The notes below the pieces were generated by a model. That model searched no databases. It saw only the letters and a list, made by a program, of their open reading frames with translations, and had not been told where the DNA came from. Shown here piece by piece: positions 14,217 through 23,287 of a stretch of DNA of 32,000 nucleotides. Where the stretch lies: contig NC_007969.1 in NCBI RefSeq assembly GCF_000013905.1, positions 480,001-512,000 of the forward strand, written 5' to 3'. This DNA is from Psychrobacter cryohalolentis K5 (GTDB lineage: Bacteria; Pseudomonadota; Gammaproteobacteria; Pseudomonadales; Moraxellaceae). Both the position numbers and the translations under genes were made by a program. The stretch's first letter is position 1, and the number at the start of each line of letters is the position of its first letter.

Positions 14217-15854
14217 TTAAGGCTTTTGCGCACGGTTTTGTAATGGATCGCCTAAAAGTACGCTACCAGAGTTTTCACGGCGCTCTTCATCACTCAACTT
14301 GCTCGCTGGAATTTTGGATTTTCGCTTCCATTTTAAGCTAAATAAGTCATCACGGCGATCAAGCAAATTGTGGACCGAACCTTCGTTACGGACGTGAGTG
14401 AGCTTGTCTAAATTCACATCTGAAAAGAAAACCATCTCAGTGTTGGCCGTCGTTTCTGCCATAATCGCGTCATGCGGGAATGCAAAATCTGACGGTGAAA
14501 AAATAGACGACTGCGCGTACTGAATGTCTAAGCTCTCAACTTGCGGTAAGTTACCCACTGATCCACAAATCATCACATAACATTCGTTTTCAATGGCTCG
14601 CGCTTGAGCACAGTGGCGCACACGTAAGTAGCCGTTTTTGGTATCTGTCCAAAAAGGCACGAACAAAATATCCATATCGTCGAGCGCCAACAAGCGGGCA
14701 AGCTCAGGGAATTCAACATCATAACAGACCAAGATACCAATACGACCAGCATCCGTATCAAATACTTTGACCTCATCACCGCCTTCGATGACCCAAGCGC
14801 TACGCTCATGAGGGGTAATATGGATTTTGCGTTGCTCTTCTACCGTACCGTCGCGGCGACACAGATAGCTGACATTGTACAGCGTGTCGTCTTCATCTAG
14901 TAATGGCATGGAGCCCATAATAACGTTAACGTTATAGCTGACCGCTAAATGCGATATTTCGTTTTTAAACCACTCGGTATAACCTGCCAAAAAGCGAATC
15001 GCAATGTTTTGATCCGTCGACTCACACAAACCCATCAATGGCGCGTTAAAAAATTCTGGCAAGCAGGCAAAGTCTGAGTTGTAATCAGCCATAACGTCGA
15101 CAAAGAATTCAACTTGCTGCAACAGCTCTTCTGGCGACTCAACTTCACGCATCTGCCACTGGATACCGCCGATACGCACTTCAGATTTGCGCGTATTGGG
15201 CTTATAGTCTTTTGGCTCATAATAAATATTTGCCCACTCAAGTAAGGTCGCAAAGCCTTTAGACTGTTTGTCATCTGGCAAATAAGCGGTCAAAATACGC
15301 TTGACGATAAAACCATTCGATAACTGGAAAGAAAGCGCAGAATCATGAATTTCGCGTGAGGCAACCGCATCGATATAGTCACCGGGCGTTAAATCTTGAT
15401 GGTTGTGGTAGTTTGGAATACGACCACCAGCTAAAATAGCTCGGAAGTTCAACTGACGACAAAGCTCTTTACGGGCATCATACAGCCTGCGACCCAAGCG
15501 ATAACCACGATATTCAGGGTCAATGAGAGCGTCTAAACCATAGATAGCATCGCCTTCAGGGTTGTCTCTGATAATCTCTTTATGACCAATCAAGTCATCA
15601 TAGGTATGTGGATTAGAGAACTTTGCATAATCAACGCGCATAGATAATACGATACCAATCAGCTCGTCGTGATCAAATAAAGCAATCTGCCCTTCTGGGA
15701 AAGCGTCAATCAAAGTATGAATTGTATTCTTTGACCATGCACCGCCTAAATTGACATAGACTCGATCCATTAACGCTTTAAGTTGCGGGTAGTCTTTTTT
15801 CTTAATCTCAGCAATCGTTAAATGAAAGTCTTCTGGTTTTTCTATCTTACTCAT
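14217..15854 (-). CDS. Bifunctional GNAT N-acetyltransferase / carbon-nitrogen hydrolase (nitrilase superfamily) fusion
   Basis: N-terminal ~200 aa are GNAT-like (YRGYRLGRRLYDARKELCR acetyl-CoA loop). The C-terminal domain is CN-hydrolase with Glu (ACLPEFF), Lys (RKIHITPHE) and Cys (GILVCYDVEFPE). SD AGGAA lies 5 nt before the ATG. Confidence 0.85.
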   Translation of the reverse strand: MSKIEKPEDFHLTIAEIKKKDYPQLKALMDRVYVNLGGAWSKNTIHTLIDAFPEGQIALFDHDELIGIVLSMRVDYAKFSNPHTYDDLIGHKEIIRDNPEGDAIYGLDALIDPEYRGYRLGRRLYDARKELCRQLNFRAILAGGRIPNYHNHQDLTPGDYIDAVASREIHDSALSFQLSNGFIVKRILTAYLPDDKQSKGFATLLEWANIYYEPKDYKPNTRKSEVRIGGIQWQMREVESPEELLQQVEFFVDVMADYNSDFACLPEFFNAPLMGLCESTDQNIAIRFLAGYTEWFKNEISHLAVSYNVNVIMGSMPLLDEDDTLYNVSYLCRRDGTVEEQRKIHITPHERSAWVIEGGDEVKVFDTDAGRIGILVCYDVEFPELARLLALDDMDILFVPFWTDTKNGYLRVRHCAQARAIENECYVMICGSVGNLPQVESLDIQYAQSSIFSPSDFAFPHDAIMAETTANTEMVFFSDVNLDKLTHVRNEGSVHNLLDRRDDLFSLKWKRKSKIPASKLSDEERRENSGSVLLGDPLQNRAQKP

Positions 15855-16169
15855 AAAATTCCTGTCTGTTGTTTCTGTATGCGGGTGTTAATAAGTGATA
15901 TTGATAAATGAAGGTACGACACATCTTGCGATTAATTTTTATATAAGTGGGATAAATAACGGTAAATTTAAGTCTCAACTTAATGACAAGGTTTCGGCAT
16001 AACAATGTTGAGAAAAATATACCAATAGGCTGTGAGAATCGTTACAATCATTTATCTGTGTATTTACAATAAGTTATAAGGATCGTTTCTCATATGATCT
16101 ATTTTAATGAGGTATTTTTATAAGTTTGCAAGTGGCTCTATCGCACTTCAAGGGTGCTTTGACTACCTT

Positions 16170-16197
16170 TTGACGTACATTGACTGCTGATTATAGT
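16170..16197 (+). promoter_or_regulatory. Candidate sigma70 promoter upstream of the BLUF gene
   Basis: TTGACG, 16 nt, TATAGT. It would give a leader of about 185 nt before the ATG at 16388. Confidence 0.35.
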
Positions 16198-16387
16198 ATT
16201 CTTGAAGTAAATGTCGACTGGTATGATATCAAGCTCGTCAGCTAATGACAGTCAAACGTCGTAAAGATTTGCTAGGTTTTTGTGAGTCTTTCTGCCTCGT
16301 CGAGACATCATTTGATAAATTTATATTTAATTTTATTTGGTTATTTTTCCTTGCTCATATTTGATATTAACCCGTTAGGAATTTTTA

Positions 16388-17020
16388 ATGACGCCTGAAA
16401 TTCATACTGCTGTTTTTAGAACATTAGATGACATTGAAGATACTGCACTGGTGCAATTGGTGTACGTCAGTAGCATGACGCTTAGTTCGCGTTTTAGTAC
16501 GACGATATTCGAAGAAGTAGAAAGTCATGCGCGTAATTATAATCAGCAACAGGGTATTACAGGCACGTTATGCTATGGCAATGGGCATTTTTTGCAGTGC
16601 ATTGAGGGTGAAAAGGCCAGAGTACTGACGCTAATTCAACGTATATATGTCGATACCCGTCATAAAAACATTCAAGTGCTATTAGTGCAAGTCATCAAGC
16701 AGCGCAGTTTTTCTGATTGGCGTATGCGCTTACTGTTTTTGGAACGTTGGTTATGGTCACCTGCGACCAAAAAACAAGCGGCACAGCTATCACCGTTTTT
16801 GCCATTTTCGCCCCACGATTGGAGACCTGATCATACCGAATTATTCTTACAAGTGATCAAAAATTTTGATACGCCGCCTCATATCAATGCAGCGGGCATC
16901 ACTTACAATGCGCTAGGTAATATGGTGCGCCATGTCGCTGCGCCGCATCAGGCTTTTTTAGTTGTCCAGGGTTTTTTGAGTGTGCTGCTCGTCGCAGGTT
17001 TAGCGCTGCTATATGTATAA
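16388..17020 (+). CDS. BLUF-domain blue-light sensor with extended C-terminal region and hydrophobic C-terminal tail
   Basis: LVQLVYVSS (Tyr), GITGTLCYGNGHFLQCIEG (Gln), DTRHKNI, FSDWRM (Trp/Met). The last 22 aa are AFLVVQGFLSVLLVAGLALLYV. SD AGGAA lies 7 nt before the ATG. Confidence 0.85.
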   Translation: MTPEIHTAVFRTLDDIEDTALVQLVYVSSMTLSSRFSTTIFEEVESHARNYNQQQGITGTLCYGNGHFLQCIEGEKARVLTLIQRIYVDTRHKNIQVLLVQVIKQRSFSDWRMRLLFLERWLWSPATKKQAAQLSPFLPFSPHDWRPDHTELFLQVIKNFDTPPHINAAGITYNALGNMVRHVAAPHQAFLVVQGFLSVLLVAGLALLYV

Positions 17021-17086
17021 TTTATGCCACTTTAGAAAGATATAGGCGATTCACTCAAATATATCGTACTAGTGTTATTTGAGCAT

Positions 17087-17124
17087 AAAAAAAGACGCTA
17101 ATCTTATCAATTGCGCGTCTTTCT
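17087..17124. terminator. Hairpin terminator between the BLUF gene and the FAD oxidase gene
   Basis: AAAAAAGACGC...GCGTCTTTCT. The U-run is better on the reverse strand. Confidence 0.6.
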
Positions 17125-17167
17125 ATTTATCTTTAATAATTAAAGATATATCAGGAGTAAAAACGCC

Positions 17168-18610
17168 TTACATATCAAAAATCTTACCACGGTTCATAAT
17201 ATTATTGGGATCAAAGACCTTTTTGACTTCGCGTAAATAATCAATCTCAATCTCACTGCGGCTATAATGTAGATACGGCTTTTTAGTCATACCAACGCCA
17301 TGCTCAGCAGAGACTGAACCGCCATATCTTTGCACTGTTTCAAACACGTGTTTGTTGACGACTTGACACTCGCTGAAGAAATCGTCTTTACTCATGTTTT
17401 CAGGCTTTAAGATATTCAGATGCAAGTTACCATCACCGATATGACCGAACCAACAGACTTCAAAGTCAGGGTAGTTGCTACTGACGATATGATCAATCTC
17501 AGCGATAAACTCAGGGACATGACTGATAAGTACCGAGACATCGTTTTTATACGGGGTAAATACTGAGATAGTCTCAGAGATATATTCGCGTAGTTTCCAT
17601 AGCTCTTCCGCTTGCGCGAGACTTTGACTCATCACCCCATCGATGACCCAACCTTGCTCCATGCAATCTTCAAATATCGCCATGGCTTTATCCATGATCG
17701 GCTCGTACGGTGCTTCAAACTCTAATAGCGTATAAAATTTGGTACGCGACTCAAATGGCTCTTGCACTTGACCGTGTGCCATCAGCTTATCAATTGCCAC
17801 ATCATCAAAGAATTCGAAGGCTGTTAAATCAATCTGTGCTTGAAAGGCAGATAGCACATTCATTACATCATTAAAACTGTCCATGCCAAGCACCATGACG
17901 TTTAAGTCTTGCGGCTGACGCTCAAGCTTGATTTGTGCCTGAGTGACAAAGCCAAGTGTGCCTTCGCTACCGATAAACAATTGACGTAAGTCATAGCCAG
18001 TAGCATTTTTGACCATACCGCGGTTCAATTGCAAGATATCACCTTTACCAGTTACTACTGTCAGCCCCATAATCCATTGACGGGTCATGCCATAGCGGAT
18101 AACTTTGATGCCGCCAGCATTGGTGCCAATATTGCCACCGATTTGACTGGAGCCTGCTGAGGCAAAGTCGACAGGGTAGTAGAGGTCTTTCGATTCAGCA
18201 AACTGTTGCAACTGCTGCGTGACCACACCGGATTCAATCTCAACCATACGATCGGCAGGATAAAATTGTCCGATATGGTTCATCTTATCCATACTGACCA
18301 CAATCTCACCATTGGCAGCGACTGCACCCGCAGACAATCCCGTACGACCGCCACTTGGCGTCAATACCACATCATGCTCATTGGCAAGCAGTACAATCGC
18401 TTGCACTTGCTCGGTGGTTTTTGGAAAGACGATGGCAGCAGGTGCGGGTGCAAAGTGCTTGGTCCAGTCTTTACCCCAATGCTCTAAACTTTCACTATCA
18501 GTTTTAATTTGGCTGGCATCAAACTGATGGGCGTCAAGCAGAGCGCTGAGGATGGTTTGAACAGCAGCTGCATGGGTTTCAGATAGGGTTTGGCTAGATA
18601 AAGAAGTCAT
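17168..18610 (-). CDS. FAD-linked oxidase (GlcD/D-lactate dehydrogenase family), probable D-2-hydroxyglutarate dehydrogenase
   Basis: FAD_binding_4-type N-domain (VVLTPSGGRTGLSAGAV...) and a C-terminal FAD-oxidase domain (SAEHGVGMTK). It is divergent from serA. The start is ATG 18610 or TTG 18616. Confidence 0.8.
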   Translation of the reverse strand: MTSLSSQTLSETHAAAVQTILSALLDAHQFDASQIKTDSESLEHWGKDWTKHFAPAPAAIVFPKTTEQVQAIVLLANEHDVVLTPSGGRTGLSAGAVAANGEIVVSMDKMNHIGQFYPADRMVEIESGVVTQQLQQFAESKDLYYPVDFASAGSSQIGGNIGTNAGGIKVIRYGMTRQWIMGLTVVTGKGDILQLNRGMVKNATGYDLRQLFIGSEGTLGFVTQAQIKLERQPQDLNVMVLGMDSFNDVMNVLSAFQAQIDLTAFEFFDDVAIDKLMAHGQVQEPFESRTKFYTLLEFEAPYEPIMDKAMAIFEDCMEQGWVIDGVMSQSLAQAEELWKLREYISETISVFTPYKNDVSVLISHVPEFIAEIDHIVSSNYPDFEVCWFGHIGDGNLHLNILKPENMSKDDFFSECQVVNKHVFETVQRYGGSVSAEHGVGMTKKPYLHYSRSEIEIDYLREVKKVFDPNNIMNRGKIFDM

Positions 18611-19009
18611 GGTCAAATCTCGGTATCAACGTGAGTGCTATGCATAGAGGGGATTATTATGGGAATTATCATATAACCAAATGGCTATAACTGAACGTGT
18701 TTAATGGTGTATGTTATTAAGGGAATATTAACGATGTATATTATTGCAATTTAATAGTCGTCGCAATCGTAGAGTGTTATTAGTTTGCCTCTGTATATGC
18801 GTACATAGCATAAAGAAGGGGTGCTTGCTCATTTGGATAGCAGGATTCACTATAGCATAAAAATTTTTCAGGATTGATAACCAATAATTCATCTAATCTG
18901 CTAACATCGCCGCCCAATTTTGTGTAAGATATCCAGACTCTTTTCGTTTCATTCATCCAAGCTTATCCCTCAGATGATTTTTATAAGACAATTATAGGAC
19001 AGTTCTCAC

Positions 19010-20236
19010 ATGGCGTTATCACTCCAAAAAGACAAAATCCGGTTTTTATTGCTTGAAGGTCTGCACGACAATGCTTTAAAAGTATTAAAAGATGCTGGTT
19101 ATCAAAACATTGAAAATATCAGTCATGCATTGGATCAAGATGAGCTGATTGAAAAGATTAAAGATGCTCATTTTATTGGTATTCGCTCGCGCACGCAGCT
19201 GACACGTGAAGTGCTTCAGCATGCACATAAGCTTATCGGCATTGGTTGCTTTTGTATTGGTACCAACCAAGTAGACCTAGATGCTGCTCGTGAATTCGGT
19301 ATTCCGGTCTTCAATGCGCCATTCTCGAACACCCGTTCGGTCGCTGAGTTGGTACTTGCTGAAGCCATCATGCTCTATCGCGGTATCCCTGAAAAGAGTG
19401 CCACTGTACATCGCGGTGGTTGGGGTAAGTCTGCGACTAACTCACATGAAGTACGCGGCAAAACCATCGGTATCGTCGGTTACGGCTCTATTGGCTCGCA
19501 GCTGTCTGTATTGGCTGAAAGCTTTGGTATGAAAGTTATCTATCATGATGTCTTGACCAAACTGCCACTAGGTAATGCAGTGCAAGTAGCTAGCTTAGAA
19601 GAGCTGTTATCTACTGCTGATATCGTGACTTTGCATGTACCTGATCTGCCAAGCACACGCTACATGATGGGCGCGGCGCAGTTTGCGCATATGAAAGACG
19701 GCAGCTACTTTATCAATGCTGCGCGTGGTACTTGTGTCGAGATTGATGACCTTGCTGCCGTGCTTGAATCTGGCAAAATCTTGGGCGCTGCAATTGATGT
19801 GTTCCCAAAAGAGCCAAAATCTGCTGATGAAGAGTTTGAGTCACCACTGCGTAAGTTCGATAATGTTATCTTGACGCCGCATATCGGTGGCTCAACGCAA
19901 GAAGCACAGGCAAATATTGGACTGGAAGTTGCAGATAAATTTGTGCGATATTCTGACCAAGGCGATACAGCAACGGCGGTCAACTTCCCAGAAGTATCGA
20001 TTCCGTTTAAAGAAGGCACGCATCGCCTGCTACATATCCACAAAAACGTACCAGGCGTCCTGTCACAGATTAACCGTCTGTTTGCTGAAGCAAATATCAA
20101 TATCTTGGCGCAGAGCTTGATGACGGAAGGCGATGTCGGCTATCTCGTTATGGATGTCGATTATAACGACTCAACCGCGGCTTTAGATCAGCTAAAAGAC
20201 GTTCAAGAGACAATTCGTGTGCGTATTTTGTTTTAA
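19010..20236 (+). CDS. serA: D-3-phosphoglycerate dehydrogenase (long form with C-terminal ACT domain)
   Basis: NAD-binding motif GIVGYGSIGSQ, catalytic LTPHIGGST, and a C-terminal ACT-like HRLLHIHKNVPGVLSQIN. Confidence 0.95.
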   Translation: MALSLQKDKIRFLLLEGLHDNALKVLKDAGYQNIENISHALDQDELIEKIKDAHFIGIRSRTQLTREVLQHAHKLIGIGCFCIGTNQVDLDAAREFGIPVFNAPFSNTRSVAELVLAEAIMLYRGIPEKSATVHRGGWGKSATNSHEVRGKTIGIVGYGSIGSQLSVLAESFGMKVIYHDVLTKLPLGNAVQVASLEELLSTADIVTLHVPDLPSTRYMMGAAQFAHMKDGSYFINAARGTCVEIDDLAAVLESGKILGAAIDVFPKEPKSADEEFESPLRKFDNVILTPHIGGSTQEAQANIGLEVADKFVRYSDQGDTATAVNFPEVSIPFKEGTHRLLHIHKNVPGVLSQINRLFAEANINILAQSLMTEGDVGYLVMDVDYNDSTAALDQLKDVQETIRVRILF

Positions 20237-20288
20237 GTTTTGTAATAACAGTTTAAATTTATAGTTAGCGCTATAAATAGCGAATAAC

Positions 20289-20328
20289 AAAAAAGAGAGG
20301 CTCTATTCATAAGAGCCTCTCTTTTTTT
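20289..20328. terminator. Bidirectional terminator (serA / trhO)
   Basis: AAAAAGAGAGGCTCT...AGAGCCTCTCTTTTTTT. Confidence 0.9.
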
Positions 20329-20359
20329 ATCGCATTTTCCATGTCCCTAAGGCATAAAT

Positions 20360-21418
20360 TTAGCCAGCTTTAGTTTTATTGGCTGCGTCTGCTTGACGGC
20401 GAGCTTCGATCTTAGCTGCTTTGCGCTTCTCAATGACATCAATGACGTCACTACCGATATGGGCTTCACCACGTTTTTGTGCCAATTGCATTTGATGCTC
20501 ACGCTCACGAAAGCGTGCTTTTTGCTCATCGGTCGCTTTATCGATACAGTGCGGACATGACTCACCCTTTATATAGGCAGGACTTTGCATCTCAGCTTGC
20601 GTAATCGGCATACGACAGGCAAAACACTGCTCATAACTGCCTTTTTCTAAGTTATGATTGACTGAGACACGGTTATCAAAGACGAAGCAATCGCCTTCCC
20701 ACATAGAATCGCTGGCAGGTACTTCTTCTAGATATTTTAAAATGCCGCCCTCTAAATGATAAACCTCTTCAAAACCTTGCTCGCGCATAAATGCCGTTGA
20801 TTTTTCGCAGCGGATACCGCCCGTACAGAACATGGCGACTTTTTTATGCTTGCTTGGGTCTAGCTCTTTTGCCACGTATTCTGGGAATTCACGAAACGTT
20901 TCGGTATTAGGATTGACCGCATTTTGGAACGTGCCAATTTTTACTTCATAATCATTACGCGTATCAATCAGGATGACATCAGGGTCTGAGATTAGGGCAT
21001 TCCAGTCGCTTGGCTTGACATAGCGACCTACCGACTGCAATGGATCGATATTCTCCACACCCATCGTGACAATTTCCTTTTTAAGCTTTACTTTGGTGCG
21101 ATAAAAAGGCTGGGCATCAGTATAAGATTCTTTAAAAGTAAAACTGCCAATTTCTTCGATACTACGCAGATAGTCTAGGACATTATCGATACCTTGGCGT
21201 GTGCCAGAAATGGTCCCGTTAATACCTTCACTAGCGATTAGCAACGTACCTTTGACGTCATTGTCGAGCATAGTATTTAGAATTGGGTCGCGGTACTTTT
21301 CAAAGTCAGCAAAGCGAGTGAATTTATATAGGGCAGCGACGACAATATTATTGGTCACGCTGTCGTATTCGGTCGCATGGGTTGATGCTTTTACGTTATC
21401 AGTCTGTGAGGTACTCAT
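20360..21418 (-). CDS. trhO: Rhodanese-domain tRNA U34 hydroxylase TrhO (YceA/UPF0176)
   Basis: Rhodanese active-site loop [10 protein letters not shown] with a UPF0176-type N-domain. I prefer the ATG at 21418 (AGGAG 6 nt upstream). The ORF is open to the TTG at 21445. Confidence 0.9.
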   Translation of the reverse strand: MSTSQTDNVKASTHATEYDSVTNNIVVAALYKFTRFADFEKYRDPILNTMLDNDVKGTLLIASEGINGTISGTRQGIDNVLDYLRSIEEIGSFTFKESYTDAQPFYRTKVKLKKEIVTMGVENIDPLQSVGRYVKPSDWNALISDPDVILIDTRNDYEVKIGTFQNAVNPNTETFREFPEYVAKELDPSKHKKVAMFCTGGIRCEKSTAFMREQGFEEVYHLEGGILKYLEEVPASDSMWEGDCFVFDNRVSVNHNLEKGSYEQCFACRMPITQAEMQSPAYIKGESCPHCIDKATDEQKARFREREHQMQLAQKRGEAHIGSDVIDVIEKRKAAKIEARRQADAANKTKAG

Positions 21419-21625
21419 GTTTTTCTCCTGCTGGCTAGGTCGCAAACCTAGTGCATTGGGTTAAGGTGCTTTTTATCATTAACGGTTAGAATGAGTTGGT
21501 AAGATTCATAACACTAGCACGATTGTGGAATTGGCTAATGCGGGCGCAGTGTAACAAATTTTAGGGAAGTTTTGGGTGTTTTATCCTTCTTAAGCCAGAT
21601 ATAGGCGATGATAAAAATAGTCAAT

Positions 21626-21656
21626 AAAAAAGCCCAGTAAAATACTGAGCTTTTTG
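21626..21656 (-). terminator. Terminator of the Sel1-repeat gene
   Basis: Reverse strand AGCTCAGTA-TTT-TACTGGGCT followed by TTTTTT. Confidence 0.7.
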
Positions 21657-21685
21657 CATATTCATTGTATAAAGTAAATTATAGC

Positions 21686-22267
21686 TTATTTACTCTGAAA
21701 CCAAGTATCTGCTTTGCTGCGAGCACTAGCGATATCAGCACTGGATAAGTTTAATGCCAATTGACCAATTTTGCCACGGGCTTTATTACGGACTTTTTCA
21801 TCGAGCATGCCATCACGGGCAGCCAAATCATACCATTTATAAGCATCGACTAGATTTTTTTGCTTTTCATCTAACAAGGCAAGCGTATAGCTAGCACGGT
21901 TATCACCACGCATAGCGGCTTTTTCTAACCAACCACGTGCTTGTTGTAGGTTTGGTTGTACACCTTCACCACGCAAGTACATGATGGCTAAGTTAAGCTG
22001 AGCAGGGGCAACGCCTTGCTGAGCCGCTTTGGTATACCACTGAACCGCTTGTTTGGTATTTTGAGCAATGCCTTCGCCTTTTTGCAAACGCTTGGCCAGA
22101 TAAAATTGAGCATGATCATTACCTTGAGCCGCGCGATTAGATAGCTCGCTAATAGGCATTAGCTCAAAACGTGACGTATCAAGTGGTACGTTTGATATTA
22201 ACTCAGCGTTGGCAAAACCTGCACAAGAAAAAATGGCAGTAAACAACGCAGCTTTTAATAATTTCAT
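21686..22267 (-). CDS. Secreted Sel1-like (TPR-related) repeat protein
   Basis: Signal peptide MKLLKAALFTAIFSCAGFANA, then repeated AxxWYxKAAxQG / GxGV motifs (Sel1 repeats). SD GGAG lies 6 nt before the ATG. Confidence 0.8.
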   Translation of the reverse strand: MKLLKAALFTAIFSCAGFANAELISNVPLDTSRFELMPISELSNRAAQGNDHAQFYLAKRLQKGEGIAQNTKQAVQWYTKAAQQGVAPAQLNLAIMYLRGEGVQPNLQQARGWLEKAAMRGDNRASYTLALLDEKQKNLVDAYKWYDLAARDGMLDEKVRNKARGKIGQLALNLSSADIASARSKADTWFQSK

Positions 22268-22305
22268 AGCAGCTCCAAAATTAGGCAGTTAATAAGCAAA
22301 AAAAA

Positions 22306-22333
22306 TTGTCCCGCTAAACATTGTCTCGCTAAA
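22306..22333. repeat. Two direct 13-bp repeats TTGTC(C/T)CGCTAAA with a 15-bp period
   Basis: Copies at 22306..22318 and 22321..22333, 39-66 bp upstream of the Sel1-repeat gene ATG. Confidence 0.8.
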
Positions 22334-22669
22334 GACAGTTAGACGGCGATAACAATTAGGCGACATCTTACAAGACCAACTTACCTAATTATTAGCAATA
22401 TAATTAATCGTTATCATGTGCCAATAGATTCCAATAAAGCCGACAAACGGTATTAATCGGGGTGCAGTTGACACTATTTCGCTAGCTTAACACCCAAACT
22501 TACGAAACTCAAATATTAATTACACGATTTACTGCCTATCTATACCTCGTTGTCCTCAATAAAATCATAGAGTTACTTAGGTGTAAGAATAGATTAAGAC
22601 TCTATTAAGGTTAAAAATGTACTTATGGGTGTCAATATTATTTTTAATAAGAGCTAGCAGTAGCAAATA

Positions 22670-23287
22670 TCATTTAGGTTTTTGTTTGGTGACGCGATAA
22701 ATAGCGACATCTGCCAATAGGTTTGGCGCTTGTCTTATCAATGCTGTCATCAACGGTGAATGCCCTTTTTCAGAATCACTGACGGCAAAACGATTGATAA
22801 TATGAATATCATGCTGCGCGCACAGTTTCTCAAAATCTTTAAAGGTGCATAGATGAATATTTGGGGTGTTATACCACTCATAAGGCAGCGCTTCTGAGAC
22901 TGGCATAATACCTTTCAAACCCAAATGTATTCGGTTCTGCCAATGGGCAAAATTAGGAAAAGTAATAACTGCTTCACGAGCGACGCGCAGCATATCAAGC
23001 AACAGTATATCAGGCGATTTGACGGCTTGTAGTGCACGTGCCATTACTACAGTATCAAAACTATTATCAGCGAAACGTGCCAAGCCGTCATTCAAGTCTT
23101 GCTCAACAATGGATAAACCATTAGCGATGGCTTCATTGATTTTGTCCTCGTCAATCTCAAGTCCATAACCAGTTACGCCGCGATTTTGCTGTAAATGCGC
23201 GAGCAGCTCGCCATTACCACAGCCTAAGTCAAGCACATGTGAGTGTGGGGCAATCCAACGCTCAGCCAATTGATGATCCATTCTCAT
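22670..23287 (-). CDS. metW: Methionine biosynthesis protein MetW
   Basis: [15 protein letters not shown]...[12 protein letters not shown]...[16 protein letters not shown] matches MetW. Its ATG overlaps the metX TGA (ATGA). Confidence 0.92.
   Translation of the reverse strand: MRMDHQLAERWIAPHSHVLDLGCGNGELLAHLQQNRGVTGYGLEIDEDKINEAIANGLSIVEQDLNDGLARFADNSFDTVVMARALQAVKSPDILLLDMLRVAREAVITFPNFAHWQNRIHLGLKGIMPVSEALPYEWYNTPNIHLCTFKDFEKLCAQHDIHIINRFAVSDSEKGHSPLMTALIRQAPNLLADVAIYRVTKQKPK

Noticed and set aside
18791-18806. CTGTATATGCGTACAT, resembling a LexA SOS box (CTGT-N8-ACAG)
   Set aside because: The second half-site is ACAT, not ACAG, and it lies in no obvious promoter. If the Moraxellaceae guess is right, canonical LexA is reportedly absent from that family.
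22617-22700. 27-codon hydrophobic ORF ([27 protein letters not shown]) with AAGG upstream, overlapping the metW 3' end antisense. Considered as a type I toxin-like peptide.
   Set aside because: There is no evidence for a cognate antisense RNA, no promoter, the SD is weak, and the length is compatible with chance.
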